64,000 nt of DNA from Bispira polyomma (GCA_965649765.1 OZ287757.1:53258001-53322000), one strand, 5' to 3'. Positions 40,437 to 55,169 are shown, counted from the stretch's first letter. Numbers and translations: made by a program. The notes: generated by a model not told the origin, from the sequence alone.

Positions 40437-41237
40437 TGTTGTATGTCAGTGGAGAACTGGTCTAGTTAATACTGATGTTTCTTACACTCTGTTAAAGTGA
40501 TCTATATTTAGACTTAGGGAAAACCCCTAAGCTTCTAGACGCTAGTTCTATTTTGTTTCTGTTTTTATTGGATTTGTGTTAATCTGTTTACATTTCATTC
40601 TGGAACCTTCTAGCAATTGTTTACATACTCTAGAACATTCTCTAGCTGTAGTATATATAAGGGTTGAAAGCCTGACCACAGACTAGTGTTTATTGAGTTG
40701 GTGTGCTATACGAACTGCTATACTGTGAAACACTTTATTTCTTTTCCTGTAGATATAAACTGATTATTATATACGTTTTGTGGAGAACTCATTGGAGCGA
40801 ACTGGATATAAAGTTGTGGATTTATCTGAGATTGGAATTGCTGCATATTGGATATTGTTTGCATTCTGGATTGGATAGCAGAGTTGTGCAGACTCTCTGA
40901 ATATATACATTTTGTGTTTGTGAACACCGAACGGATAACAGGGTACAGGCATTGTGTGTTAGTGGACACCAAGTGGATCTCAAGAAAGATTGTTGGATAT
41001 AGTGGACAAACTTGTTTGATTGTTATTTGCGTGGACACGGTTGTGGTCAGGTTAGATTGGTTTCATTATTGTATTGTTGTATTATTGTATGGACTATTAA
41101 GAGTATCTCAGTTGACTGTAATTGTGTCATTATTTTAATTATTAAATACATTTGTTAAGTTAAACTTTTTGTCTTTTCCTGTTACAATTTGAAAGCAACC
41201 GGTAATTACTACCGCATTTGCTCCCGTGACCATAACA
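40437..41237 (+). mobile_element. Probable solo LTR (~800 bp)
   Basis: TGTT...AACA termini; flanks ggacat / agacac (shared gaca); TATA box tatatataag ~40652; ATTAAA 41141; GT-rich interior interrupting an AC-rich LINE 3' UTR. Confidence 0.7.
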
Positions 41238-41239
41238 AG

Positions 41240-41930
41240 ACACACACAGTAAACAATACACAAAAAATACCTACACATAATACAGAAAACAAATAAAAAA
41301 ATATTTTTAAGACACTGTGATGTTGAAAATATTTTTTACCATTTATATTTCAGAAATAATCTGCTGTATATTGTGCCATATAACTTTAATTTTTACTTCT
41401 TTTACTTGAACATTGATATCAGCTATACCTTTAAGATAATTTTACAGTCCTTCCAATAGGGTTCTTTAGTATATATTTTACAATCATATATAAACTTCTT
41501 GATGTACAGAATCATACAATTGAATTATTTTTCAAAGCTAATATAATTTTGTTATTTAAGTCCAAAACATAGCATTATATCCTTTTCAGTCAATACTATA
41601 ATTAGTTGCATTACTTAATTGTAAACATCAACAAAATTTAACCAAACATTTTTTACAATAAATCAATACCAACATAAATGTTCAATATCTTGTACCTCTT
41701 TATTAAAAAATTACAAGTATTGGAGTTTGATTTTTTTCATTTTAAATAGTAGTTTTTCTGTTGCAATATGTTTGTATAGTATTTTACGCTGAAATTTTTT
41801 GATAGTATTTTCTACACCAATCACCAAAGGCAATGTGCATAATTTGGGCCAGTCATTTTCTTCCAAGTCATATTTACTTGCATAAAAAAGTTTGGATTTA
41901 CAATTTATGCTACAGCCTGCTTATGCATGT
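41240..41930 (-). mobile_element. L1/Tx1-like LINE 3' relic (its UTR continues at ~40335-40435 beyond the LTR)
   Basis: Minus strand DIEHL(C)W..C zinc-knuckle remnant and ILYIKKFIYDCK; T-rich 3' UTR. Confidence 0.6.
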
Positions 41931-43734
41931 AGGTTTAACCATTATTTCCTATTGGGCGCATTGTATGTACAGTAGAACCTCTATTATACAACCCTCTTTT
42001 ATTATCAGAGTATTCAATTTTACGAACTCAGATTCACTTGTCTTGTTATGTGATTTCACTTCTATGGTACAGACCAAGTTTATGCAAACTAATTCTTACT
42101 CTCCCAAGATGTCTGTAAAACGGAAATTCTACAGTATATCATTGTATCTTTTACAGTTTACAGCCTTTTAGTTTTTCCCATAAATGGAACCACCACATGG
42201 AGGTCACTGTATATAGATTTCCTTGTGCAATAAAACAAAAATATAAACACTTTTAATTATTGTTTTTCTTTACAAAAGTCCCTTTAATTGTTGACACTCC
42301 TGCTATTTTTATTCATGTCATGGCTTACGCATGGCCTCTCAATGCTGATGACTATTGTTTTCCATTTTCATCTGAAATATGACGAAACAAAAAGGGTCTA
42401 CATTAATGTTTTTAAATATTTTAACAGTCCTACACCTCAAAATCCTATCTGTAGAGGCAGGCACAAATCCTTTTTTTATCAACCTTAAATTAACCTTAGA
42501 AAACAAGCAAATACTTTTTATACCACACTCATGAGGCCAGGAAACTTGCAAATGCTTTGAATAAGCACACATACATGCAGTCAAGGTTTATTGTTAAAGA
42601 GAACACCCTCCTCATTGCATGATTGTGATATATTTAAACTACTGAGTTTTTGGAGCATTGATGATCCAGGTTGTTAATATGACTAGGAAATTAATAAGTA
42701 ATTAAAAATGTGTAATATATGTTTAAATATTTTAATCTTAATAACAAATTATAAAATTAATAACTAATCAGGCAATTTAAATGATTAAATCCAATCCAAT
42801 CCATTGTTGAAATATTAGTCAAATGTAAAACTAATGATACAATTAGCTCTAGAATAGCCACACACACACAGCCTCTTGTGCAGAAGCTAAGGGATAATGT
42901 CAAAACCCACAATTCTAAATAGAACCACCCAGAAAACCACCCCGAGCAAGATAAAAATAAAGGGTTCTCCACTAATGAAAGTCAGACAAGGCTTTCTTGT
43001 TACGACAATTTTCACTGGAGAGTTTAACACTGTCAATTCACAGAAAACAACTTTCTCTTACCAAAAAATAACCCAATACTAATAATGATTCTTTTTGCAA
43101 ATATTCTCCTGATACATACTGGGAAATATATTAAACAGTATTGACATAATAATTCATGGTGATGAGACTTCACAAAGTAATGATAGTATTTATAAACCAA
43201 CTCTGACAATGCCTGATATTGATAAAACTTTACCCTTGTAATGATAGTAAATTATTTTGATACTTCCCTAACGTGACAGAAAACCACTTTAAAAATTAAT
43301 AATGCTTGTTGCAGTAAGGGAGTATATTATTCAGCTGATAGCAAAAATTTTAAAGATTCTTATTGACAAACAACAATAATACTGAAACAGTAGTTACTGG
43401 ATCTGAAGGCTGTCTATATTAGACCACATCAGATAATAGGACTTCAGCATCACATCTGTCACACACTGGTGACAAACAGACTGATACTATCACATGCCTA
43501 AATGTAAAAGATCATGCAGCAAATACTACAGACAAGACTTTGAGTTTTTAAGATGCAACTGGTCAAGAGAACACTTGTTCTAATAATGTAAACAATTCCT
43601 TTAAAAAACCCAGTTGGGTCAGCATTGGAGACAGATCTTTGATAAAGTCTGGTGCTGTAGTAGCGTGTCGGACTATTTACACAAAGAGTACACATAATTG
43701 TATGTGTCAGCAAGTCATGGTCTGTACTAATGAA

Positions 43735-43993
43735 TTTGAATTTTTTTGAATTGGGATATTTAACGTCCACTCTAGTACCTGTTTAGGTTATATTGGGACG
43801 GGTAGTTGGAAACGCTAGAGGAAACACTGCATAAAGTCGATCAAGGTTCTGCACTGGAACCAGCGGCCCACAGTGAGGAACTACCACCATTCCCACATAG
43901 GCATCGACGGGATTGGAACTCACACCGCCCAGAGGTGAGAGACCAGTAATTGTGAAGCGCAATGCTTGTTAACCACTAGGCCACCGCGGCCCC
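43735..43993 (-). mobile_element. tRNA-derived SINE, family A, full length, reverse orientation
   Basis: Reverse complement of the family; 13-bp TSD ctgtactaatgaa (43722-43734 / 43994-44006). Confidence 0.93.
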
Positions 43994-44899
43994 CTGTACT
44001 AATGAAATGAAGTCTTACAAGGTGCCCCAATCAGTGGAGAATCAGAAAGTCATTAAGACACCCAAATACTGAAACCCCAGACAAATGAGCCAACACAAAA
44101 GGTTTAGGAAAAAGGTAATGAAAAAGAAATGTAATTAACTGAAGCAATAGAAATGTAAAAAGAGGAATCTACATTACGGTTGACATACCCTCACAGAAAC
44201 TGGTGCATTCATGAATGCCATAAGTGAAGATGCTGTTAAAAACAAAACCCTACCTCAGCAATGGAGAAATCAGCAGTTTCCAAAATTCTACACAAAGGCG
44301 GAAACAGCTTCTGGTGACCGTCATATTATTTCTTTTATCTACTTCACGGACATAAAATTGATCGTAGGAACCTCAGTCAAGCTTTGAGTAATCTGATAAC
44401 AAATTAACTGCCACTCTTTATAATAGTATATATGCCCTAAATAATGTTACCATACAACCAAAGACTCGAACTTTAGTTCACTGTTAACTAAACTGTAAGT
44501 CAAAGATACTAGGAAAATTCATGACAGCAAGCCATTTTTACAAAACATTTGGATATTGCCTGATAAAGTGGTGTGGTCGTTGTAGATTATTCAGCAGATA
44601 CAAAACTCGGTATGGAACAAATACTTCATCACCAGTAACATTCTGACACCTGGTCGCTATACCATTTTAACAGTAACTAAAACACATACAAGACAATTTT
44701 TTTCATTTTAAATAGAAAGATTTTCTGAAACAAACAGTTTCATACAATTACATACCCCCTCTAGCTTCCAGTTGATACATGCACCTTGCCTGATGTGGAT
44801 AGGTGGTGGAGTTGGGTTTTATCTCAAAAGCAAAATTGATTAAAAAAACATCTCCACTCTTGACTACACCACCTTCGAAAACTTTATCTAATCAGTCGG

Positions 44900-46940
44900 T
44901 TCCAGAAAACATATTTTTGCAGCGTGCATCTACTGACGTTCAGAATCATGCATGTCTAGATTTCTGGATGAGTTTCTTGCTTTTGTCGGTTTTCTGTCAT
45001 CTATTTGCTCCTACCTTGTTATTTGTGGCGATGTCAACATTCATGTAGGAAATTAACATAGTGACAGTTGCAAGTTTCATTTTCTCCTTCACACATGCAA
45101 TTTCAGTCAGTTTTAACAGTACATTTTTATGGATATAATTTGGATGTAATTCTGGCTCCCACAGACCTAAAACTAATTTTGAAACATTAGATGCTGATAC
45201 TATATATCTGATCACGTAGTACATTAACATTGGTTTCATGTCAAATCAAACAACACTCTCAAATCATTGTAAAAGTAACCAAATTACTTTTGGACTATTT
45301 TACAAATTAATATGTCTCAGTTTAGAACTGATCTTTCATGCACGTATCCATCTAAGGCTAAATACTGACAGAAGTCTGACAGCAGCCAAGTGTCGTGAGG
45401 GAAAATTGAAAAGGATTTTAAATTATATGTCAAAAATCCAGCTGAACACACCTCTACTCTCCATGAACAGTATATTTTAGACTTTACCATGCTATTAGAT
45501 CCCAGCGCACCAGAAAATAACAGCATGGCATAGAGATGAATTTGTTGTAAACAAAACTAGATTACACAGTTCGGTGGTGTTGCAAACTGTTAAACAAAGC
45601 AAACAGTGATCACTACAAGACTCTACTTGAACAAGATAGTCTACAATACTGTCTACATCCAAAAAGCCCTGGTGAAAATGTGTTTCTTTTTAATGACAAT
45701 ATTAAGTAAATTAGGAATGTGTTATTAGCGGTGACTTCCCCCGTTTCATCTTTTACTACTCCCCCTCTGTCTCTTGTGACATTATAAAAGTGAGTGATAC
45801 AATTTACATTTACCCACTGAATCTTGTTTACTAGACCCTTGGCCTATTTCACTTAATATAGCTTGCATTAAAATCCTTCTTCTGTCAATCACTAAGCTTG
45901 TCGACCTATCGATGGTTAATGATACCTTCCCTGCTGTCTTCAAAATGGCGGGAGAGACACCTCTTATTAAGATGCCATCACTGCAAACGTTTCTGGATTG
46001 AGTTTAATCTAGTATAATCTAAAAAGCTGTTGCTTCATTGTCTAAAGGTGAACACATAGCATTGGTGCGGCATGATTTGCCTGCTGCTTTTGACACAATT
46101 TATCAGACCACAACTCTTTAATGTTTGTCATCGTGGTTTGGTTTTCAAGGTACTATCTTGAAATGTCAAATAGTTTTGAATTTTGCTCATAATTTCACAG
46201 TCAATATTCTGGGACCAATGTTGTACCCTGCTGACACTGACAGGAGTCTAGGTGTCACGTTTGATTCTGATTTCTCACTTGCTAAACATGTCCAACCAGT
46301 TTGTAGGGCTTGTTTTATCTAGTTGAGAGATCTACGATAAGTAAGATGGTATCAGACTATCTGCACTGCAACCATGGTGGCCAATGCCCTTGTCAGTAGA
46401 TTACTGTGACTCTATTTTCAGAGGTCTAGCGACGACTGACCTGCGCATATTGCAGTGCGTCTAAAACAGATGGGCTTGGATAATAATAAGAAAGTCAAAG
46501 TTTACTCATAGTACACCTGTTTTTAAAACCCTCTACTGGTTACCAAACGAATATAGGGCAATATTCAAAACTGCTACCTTAATCTAGAAATACCTTAATT
46601 CAGGTCTCCCTCGGTATTAACTCATATCTCTATACATATAGGCCTGATAAGGCTTTTTTAAGTGTGCTACTTTTGTATAATCTGTTTTTAGGTGAAAAGG
46701 GCATTTCAAAAATAGTTTATCATATGATGCTCCTAAGCTGGGGAATGATCTGCCTCATTTACCTGTCTTAGAATGCAGCTTAAAACCTACCTATTTAGCA
46801 ATGCTTTTCTACATTACCCTTTTTATCATTTCCGGCATACCTGTGGTCAGTCATGACCCCTGCACGTCCAATGGCTTTATAAAATTATGAAAATGAATAG
46901 GCTACCACAAAGATTAAGCACAATGAAAGTTATCTTAGAA
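44900..46940 (+). mobile_element. Heavily deleted L2/CR1-like ORF2 relic (endonuclease to 3' tail)
   Basis: FLDEF..ICGDVNIH (APE), SCLLDPWP, DLPAAFDT (RT), LGVTFDSD, LYWLP, DAPKLGNDLP; tail agattaagcacaatgaaagtta resembles the 12.8 kb element. Confidence 0.8.
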
Positions 46941-47139
46941 TATATTATAAAAATAACCCAACATTCCTGACATTGTTAGATTGAAGCATGAGCTTGTGAC
47001 AATTCAAGCTTGAAAAAGACAAGAAATACACAGCAATTTAAGGCCCCAGGAATAAGTAAGGTTGAGTCACAGACATTAGTTATGGGTGACAAAAATACCA
47101 CACCAACAAATACTAGGCTCGATAATTTAGTCATTAGTC

Positions 47140-47880
47140 ATAGATGCCTTATAGGAGAGTCTGTCCTGTGTTATATCGAAGATGTCCTTCTTTTGCCATC
47201 CACATTTGAGGAACACCTTTAATTAATAGACAAAGTCATCCAGAGGCTGATCAAAGCTATCCTTACTTTAAAACATTCCAAATGTATATTATATAAACCA
47301 TAAATTAATTTCCATTGCTATATCATAAGCCATGAAGGAATAAGACCTGAAATGTACAAAATTAAGACCATAACACAATTTCCTAGTCCCTAGGTCTATG
47401 AAAGAAACCAGACAATAGTAAGGCTTATGTGACTTCTTTAGAAAATGTACAAATCTCCTAACCAAAAATCACAAATTTGACTCGACAGATGAATGTTAAA
47501 TGGCCTTTACAAAATATAAATGTATAATAATTACAGCCCCAATACTACAACTCCAAGACTACAACAAATAGTTTTACCTATTCACAGTTTGCTCTGTCAC
47601 AGCTGTTGGATTCTCCCAAAATCAAAGGGATGATAACAGTAAAATTATGCTCTTGCCTTTGAAAGTAATAAATTAAACAAGCACCAAAGTAACCTGACCA
47701 TTACAGTGCAAGGAATTCATAGCCCTTTGTATGGGAGTAAACAATTTCCGTAATAAAGTAATATTTTGTTGACCACTTGACACCAAAATAGCTTATCGAA
47801 CGATCCCTCCATAGATCTGATTTACATATAATTTACAATCCAGGTCTTACAAAGAATGTGTCTGATGCACTGATTATGAT
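47140..47880 (+). mobile_element. Ty3/Gypsy pol relic (RT to RNase H)
   Basis: VLCYIEDVLLLPSTFEEHL*LIDKVIQRL..LTLKHSKC (degenerate YxDD region) and ITAPILQLQDYNK*FYLFT (RT-RNase H linker). Confidence 0.8.
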
Positions 47881-50249
47881 ATAACCAGTAGCCTTCACAT
47901 TTATATCAGAAAAAAAAACAACACCTGAGGGCATGTTTGACAAACAATGTTTACCACAAACCTTCCACCCCAGAGGTGTCAACAAATACAAAATGACCAA
48001 CTATGTCCTCCGCTCAAACCTATATCGTTCGCGAAATAAGTGGATAAATGAGAGACCTTGCACCAACTGTGGATGAATAAATCATCTAGAACAATTAAAA
48101 ACATTTATCAAACCCATCTTCGACTATATCACCAAAAATAATAATTCTGCACACTTGTGACAAAAATCTAAGGGAAATAATAATATCAATTAATTTTTTC
48201 CACTTCCACCGGACAAGGAAATCATAGTTTTCTGAGTGATATTAAGATTAATGTAATAATTTGTTCATTGTACCACTGTAATTTTGTTTGTATATTTCTT
48301 GTAAAACCTTCATATATCTCCCCCACAAACAAACAAAAAAAAAAAAAAAGTATAGTTATACAAGGAAGGTTATAAAAGTATAGGTATGTGTCTTTATAAC
48401 AGGCTTTGTGGACAAAACAGATAGATACACACCCAATTCCAAAACAACTGATTCTTTGGAATGCAATAGTGGAGTGGATTAAGATGCTGCACAATTGAAT
48501 TAATGTGGCCATAGGATTCCTCTTGACGGTAATTAGGAGTGTTATTGACGAATCAGAAGATCGAAAATGAATGTTTCCTCTGACCACAGCATCACAGACC
48601 TCCTTCAATTAGTAACGCTCTTTTTGATGCAATTAATCACTTGGAAGAAACAGTATATAAGTGTCTTGACTGTCTCACATTTCCGTGTGCAGAGTGTAGG
48701 GATTAAAGAAGTGTTGCCCTATTAACTTGGAGAAAAAAATCAATTACAAGACACTCGCTGGACGTCAGTGCAGGTTAGTGTATTCCAGTGTTCTTAAAAA
48801 TACATAATATTTTAAAAAATTACTTTTAATTTATATATTTTGCACATACATAATACTTACAAATAACATATCAAGATGATAAAGTCCCGAAAAAATGTGT
48901 ATACGTGAACATGAACATTGTATATTATTTTTTTGCTTGAATAATCTTTTTTATGTACTTTGCACACTTACATTTGTCTGAAAATACAGCTTTATCTTTA
49001 ATTGCAATTAATTATCAGGCATTTCAACATTATTACAGGAATTAAGCACAGTTTAGTAAAATTGTAACGTTTGCATTAAAACATGCAAATTTTCGGACAA
49101 TACTGGCATTCTCTCATCTGTTTAAGTTTTAGTTAAAAAACATTTACCAAATAATATTATAATATTTTGTACATAAATAATGACCCTAAGTTTAATTTCA
49201 CTTAAATCAATACCAAACAATATTTCAAATATAGTGTACACTTGTCTACTAATTATATTTATACCTTTGTTCATCTACTTCCGATAATTGCTCCAAAAAA
49301 TATTACTCTGATGGCACAAAAATATATTATTTTTTTTTATAATTTAGTTTATTCCCCCATTTAACAACACAAAATTGAGCCATCAGCTAAGCAAATGGGT
49401 TGTAAAACTCATGATTTTAAAAATATTTAACATCTCGCAGCATATACAATATACCTTTACATTCCTAATTTACTCATAAATACATTAAAATGGGGAAATT
49501 ATTATTTTTTTTACAAAAGGTGAAACACACAATTACTGCACTGATATAATATGGAATTACAAATACGGATCACAATGATATATATATGATAAAGGACCCC
49601 ACTTTTCATGATAAACTTTTAAACTTATTCCATTTCTCTCTTATTAAATTTTTTTCCAATTTTGCATGATCACTTATAATTCTTATAACACCTTCTACTT
49701 GTAGAGAACTTTCTAGCATTTTATTTTATATACATATTTTTTTACTATAATTATAACATGGTTTACAAGCAATGTAAATTTAGGTGATTAATATCCCAGT
49801 AAAATTGTTTGACTATTTAGAATTTTTGAACTTATTAATATATCGAAAATTTTAAAAACTTAAAAGCAAAAAGTTTTAACTACAGCACAAAACCCCAAAA
49901 GGTGTTAAATTGTTTTAGTGCTAACTTTACATAAAAAACATTTTTCAGTTTTTTTTAAATTTTTTTAAAATTTTTTTTTCTGACATATATACAAAATGCA
50001 TACATGTACAAAGGAATAAAAATCTGCAAAAACTTGAAACACATGAGCAGGGATTCAGCATAGAAATAAGTAAAATAAGTTTACACTATGCAAAGCAATC
50101 ATATAAGTCTACAATGATATGTCAAACGTTTCAGTTAATTAATAGATTTAAAAAATGTAAATTAGCTCTCTGTTATTCAAATAAACACATACCAAGTTGC
50201 TTGAAACTTGTCAAGCTGGTAGTTTGTTTTAGTTATAAATTCTTGGTCA

Positions 50250-53200
50250 ATATATATACTTCTGAAATAATTCTGGAAACCAAACATAAGCTTCCTTCCA
50301 AAAGCGTTTTAAATTTCTAGAACATCCAAATATATATTTTTTGGCCACAATAAAAACAACATTGTTGGGGAAAAAATCTCCTTCCATCTCCAATAAAACA
50401 AACCCTGTACTCATTGGATTTAGAGCTAAGTACAAACCAAAGAATTGTTGAAGCTAAGATATTAAGTCTTTCCAGTACACATATTGCAGAAGTAGCAAGA
50501 GGAAATATTACTTACATTGATTTTGTTTAAATAAGCCCTTGTACCCAAAATTGTGTGAATAATTCTGTATTGAAACCAAAATAAAATCATTTCTTCTTAG
50601 GGTTTTAAAACATACTTTGTAAATATTGTTCCAATCTTGTTTACTATTATCAGTATTTAGAGTATCAATCCATCTATTTCTCAATTGATAGTTATCATAT
50701 TGTTGATTCATTAATTCATAAAAATGCCGACTACCTTTATTAGGATTAAGCAATAATTTCAAATATGAAGGAAAGATTGGTCTGTCACAAGGATATTCCT
50801 TTATATCAAATTTAGCTTTTTAAATATTGTTTAATTCTAAAATATTCGAGAAAATTTGTTTTCACTTTATATAATTGGCATATTTGCTCCAACTCCATAA
50901 TGCGACCATCATGCTTTAAAAGATACTTTTTAAACATTGTTTAATTTAAAAATATTCTAGAAAATTTGTTTTCACTTTATATAATTGACATATTTGCTCC
51001 AACTCCACAATGCTACCATCATGATTTAAAAGATCAATGGGGTACATATTCCTGCATCATACCAATGTGGTAGGAATAAAGGTTCAATAGAAATTAGTTA
51101 TACCACATATGATTTGATATAGTATCACCCTGATTAAATGTAATTTACCCAAGTAACTTAGCCCAGGCTAGCAGAACTTCCTTCCAAAATGGGTTGGAAA
51201 TCCTGGTGATAGAAACAAACGTTTCATCCAGGTGAATTTTTGAGACATTATGAAAGATTCTGTATCGATCATTTTTAGTCATCCATGCAAGTAATCATTT
51301 GTAATTTGGTTATGGCTTATTTTATTGGGCTTGTAATCCCACAAAAAGGAGTAACGTAACTGATTTATGCTAGTTATTATTTGCTTATCAGGAGATAGTG
51401 GGAAGCAAATATATGATTTAGGCTACTAATGACAAAAAGTTTTGAGCACAATAATTTTACCAAGTGGTGTCAAATTTCTTCTTTTCCACCTGTTTAAAAT
51501 TTTATTGATTTTATTTAGGATTGGACTAAAATTCATGGTGGCCATTCTATCCAAGTCAACCGAGAATTGTATTCTTAGCAAGTTAAAATCAGTGGAGCCC
51601 CAGTTCAAATTCTCCAAAGTATTGTACTTATCATGACAATGTTTCTTTTTCCCCAGCCATATTATTTTGGTTTTATCAGAGTTCACTTTGAGTCCATATA
51701 GAGAGCCAAAACTTTCTAGAGTGTTCAATGTTGCCAAACGACTGTCCTTACTTCCATCAAGGAATATTGTAGTATCATCAGCAAACTATGTGATTTTATA
51801 ATTATGCTCTTTGATAATAATTCCTTTAATGCTGATGCTATTATCAACCATGAGAAATAAAACCTCAGCACATAGTAAAAATAGATATGGAGCTATAGGG
51901 TCTCCTTGTCGACAACCCCCCTGTAAGTCAAAAAACTTTGACAAGAAACCTGATTGGAGAATTGATGCCTTTACATTATTGTTTAAGGCATTTACCCATT
52001 TACAGAAAATATTCCCGAATTTATAGAAATCAAGTACACTTGAATGAAAAACCCATGAGACTGAGTCAAATGCTTTTTGAAAGTCAACAAGCATAAGTAG
52101 ACCCTGTAAATCGTTCTTCTCAATATAATGCATGATATCATAAACAAGTCTTGCACTCTCCTCAATAAACCTTCCACTAATGAATCTAGTTTGGGATTTT
52201 GATATAAGTTTATTTAGTACCTTCTTTAAATGCAATTGTGGCAGAGGCAAGTTTATATAGAACCGAAAGCAAAGAGATCGGACACCAATTCTTCAAAAAT
52301 TCTTGGGGTTTATCACCTTTTGGTAAACAGCTGATGATATAAGTTCTTGGCGATACTGACATTCCACCACTCATATAGGCATAGTTCAATGCTTTTATTG
52401 ATGAAATATTTTAATTTTCCCCAAAATAAGTCTGGTCAATTTCTTTAATTTCTAATTCTCCCTCAAGAATTATCGATTCCAAACTGGTCAGTTTTCTCAT
52501 ATTTTTCCCTTTGAATATAGCATCGATGTTTGTTCTTCAGAAGAATGACTTTTTTTTAGAGAAAAGTGCTGAACAGAAGTTTTAAACCTCTTCTAAAATT
52601 TCTTTCCAATCAGTAATTTGCCGACCATCCTCAAGTTTAAAACTTTTTATTGTTTTTTCAGTATAGTTATATTTTTGAAAAGGGCAAAAAATATGGAAGG
52701 CTTCTCTCCTTCATTTAGCTATTGTGTTCTGGCTCTGATAGCGATATCAATGATAGATTTTTGTCTGATATTCTCCAATTCTCTTTTCTTGTCTTCTAAT
52801 ATATCTGGTATACCTGTATTGTTATTCTTTTCAAGAAAATCTATTTCACTTATTAATCTATTTTCAAGTTCATTTGCTTGCTTTTTACGATTGGATGCAA
52901 ATTTTATTGTCTCGCCTTTAATTCTTAGCAGTAGCATTTCCACAAATTGGCCGTCATTGATAGTAAAATTAATATCACTGTCCGGAATTGTGTCTAAACA
53001 TTTTAAATTATAAATTGGGAGAGCATATTTATATTTATCATCTTGAATAACAGAATTGATGAGATTAAAGTATTCTTTGTCTTTTAAGAGGCTACAATTA
53101 AATTTCCAAAGTCCCTTTCCTCGTTCAAACATATTCAGTAGTATTTTAATTTAAACACTCAAGTGAATACTTCTACAGCTTGGATTAATACAACAACCAC

Positions 53201-54145
53201 TTACGATATCATGCATGGTATGTGACCTCGTCTTTTGAATTTCAATGTGTGTCTTGTAAGCATATAATACCAGCTTTTGATTTTGTTAAATGATCAAGTA
53301 CATCACATCATTTGTTTTTGTTTTGAAGACCTTGACAGTTTGCTGATAATCGAACACTATTAAAAGTATTTAGGGACTCTCCACAAAGCAACACAGAACT
53401 AGTATTAAAGAAAGTTATTTCAGATTCCTGATATCCAGAATTACTGCAAAAACTACATATTTTACATTCATGGTGCAAGAAAGAAAGTTATTTCAGATAG
53501 CTTGGATTAATACAGCAACCACTTACAATATCATGCATGGTATATGACATTAAAAATAGTCTAGTCTAGCCTGACACAATGGGGGTTTTCTTCTCCAAGT
53601 GTACCTTCTTAAAGAGGGCTGAAGCAGCATCATTTAAATCAGAAATATTCCTAATTTCAAAAAGAAATTGTCGTGACTATGGGGTTATTGATATGTTTGT
53701 ATTGGTCACAATCTTGGATGAGGTCAATTACTAAATTTAAATCCCCACATAATAAGTTCAGTTATTTAATTCCATGATTTATTTATTTTTATTTTTTAAG
53801 AATCTCTGTTAGGAACATACATATTAAGCAGTTTTAACGATATGTCTCCGATATTAAGATCAAGCATTATCATGTTTCCATCTTTGTCTTTAGAGACTCA
53901 ATATTATATTTGAAGTTTGTATTGAACTAAATTGCAATGCCTCTTGTATTAGAGGATTCATCATTTAAAATGCAATCACCCATCTACATAAGCCTTACAA
54001 TGCTTTCATCTTTTGAGGTCCAATGTGTGTCTTGTAAGCATATAATACCAACTTTTGATTTTGGTAAATAATCAAGTACATCGCGTCGTTTGTTTTTGTT
54101 TTGAAGACCCTGACAGTCTGCTGATAACACCAAAAGTTCTTCACC
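50250..54145 (-). mobile_element. Near full-length decayed L1/Tx1-clade LINE ORF2
   Basis: Minus strand: LSADCQGLQNKNKRRDV..CLQDTHW (APE start ~54140), GKGLWKFNCSLL, VDFQKAFDSV, CRQGDPIAPYLF, FADDT, WKRRNLTPLGK; multiple frameshifts. Confidence 0.92.
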
Positions 54146-55169
54146 AAACACCATTAAAAGTATTTAGGGACTCTCCACAAAGCAACATAGAACTAGTATT
54201 AAAGAAAGTTATTTCAGATTCCTGATATCCAGAATTACTGCAAAACCTATATATTTGACATTCAAGGTGCATGTGTAAATTATATTTAACATCACTTTTA
54301 ACGAACAACATAAAAAGTTCCAATAAAGCTGTCCCTGTACAAAAGTTATATATAAAAAATAAGTGTACATGTATGCAAGTGAAAATATCATCAAAGAGAA
54401 GTAATACCTATTAGAACAATCTGCTAGTTCTGGAGGTATTATAAACAGAATGCAGAACAGAAGCTTTTTATCACTGTAATTTTTCCAACTAAGGATAAGT
54501 TATATCTAGTATATACTGTAAAAAGCCTTTAATTTTATTAATTTTTTTGTCATAATTTAGACTTTCTAACACGGAAACATATACCAAGAACAACAAATTT
54601 CTTTACCCACTTCACTCCTAAGTTTTCACATATACATTCTTTCACATTCTTTTACATTCTTTCACATTTTTTCACGTTATTATCATTTGTGATTTTTAGA
54701 GCATCTTCCATTGAATAGGTAGCAGTTATAGTGGGTCATTTAATTTTTACTTTGTTTTGCTCCCCATATTTATTCAAAGAACATTTCATCTATTTTTTGA
54801 AACACATATCCAGAACAATGACATACTGACGGCAGATAGATAACTTGGGACAGAGCTAAAACCATTTTCCTGATGTCTTAAAACTATTTTAATTTACACT
54901 TTTTTTATGTATTGCCCTTGGTAATATTGTTGTCTTGAAATTACAGTTCCCAATAGGAACTACTTCAGTATTGTCCATATCTATTCTGAGGCCAAAACAA
55001 GTAAAACATTTTGCAATGGGAAAACCAGTTCATAGTATAGGACGATAAGATAGAGAAAGTGTACTAAATGTGTCGACAAGCAAATCGCAAAACTTGTATG
55101 GATGGTCTAAAATTTGCATGGAGTCAAGAGTTAATTGTAACACTGATAATCATTCTACAATGGAATGAA

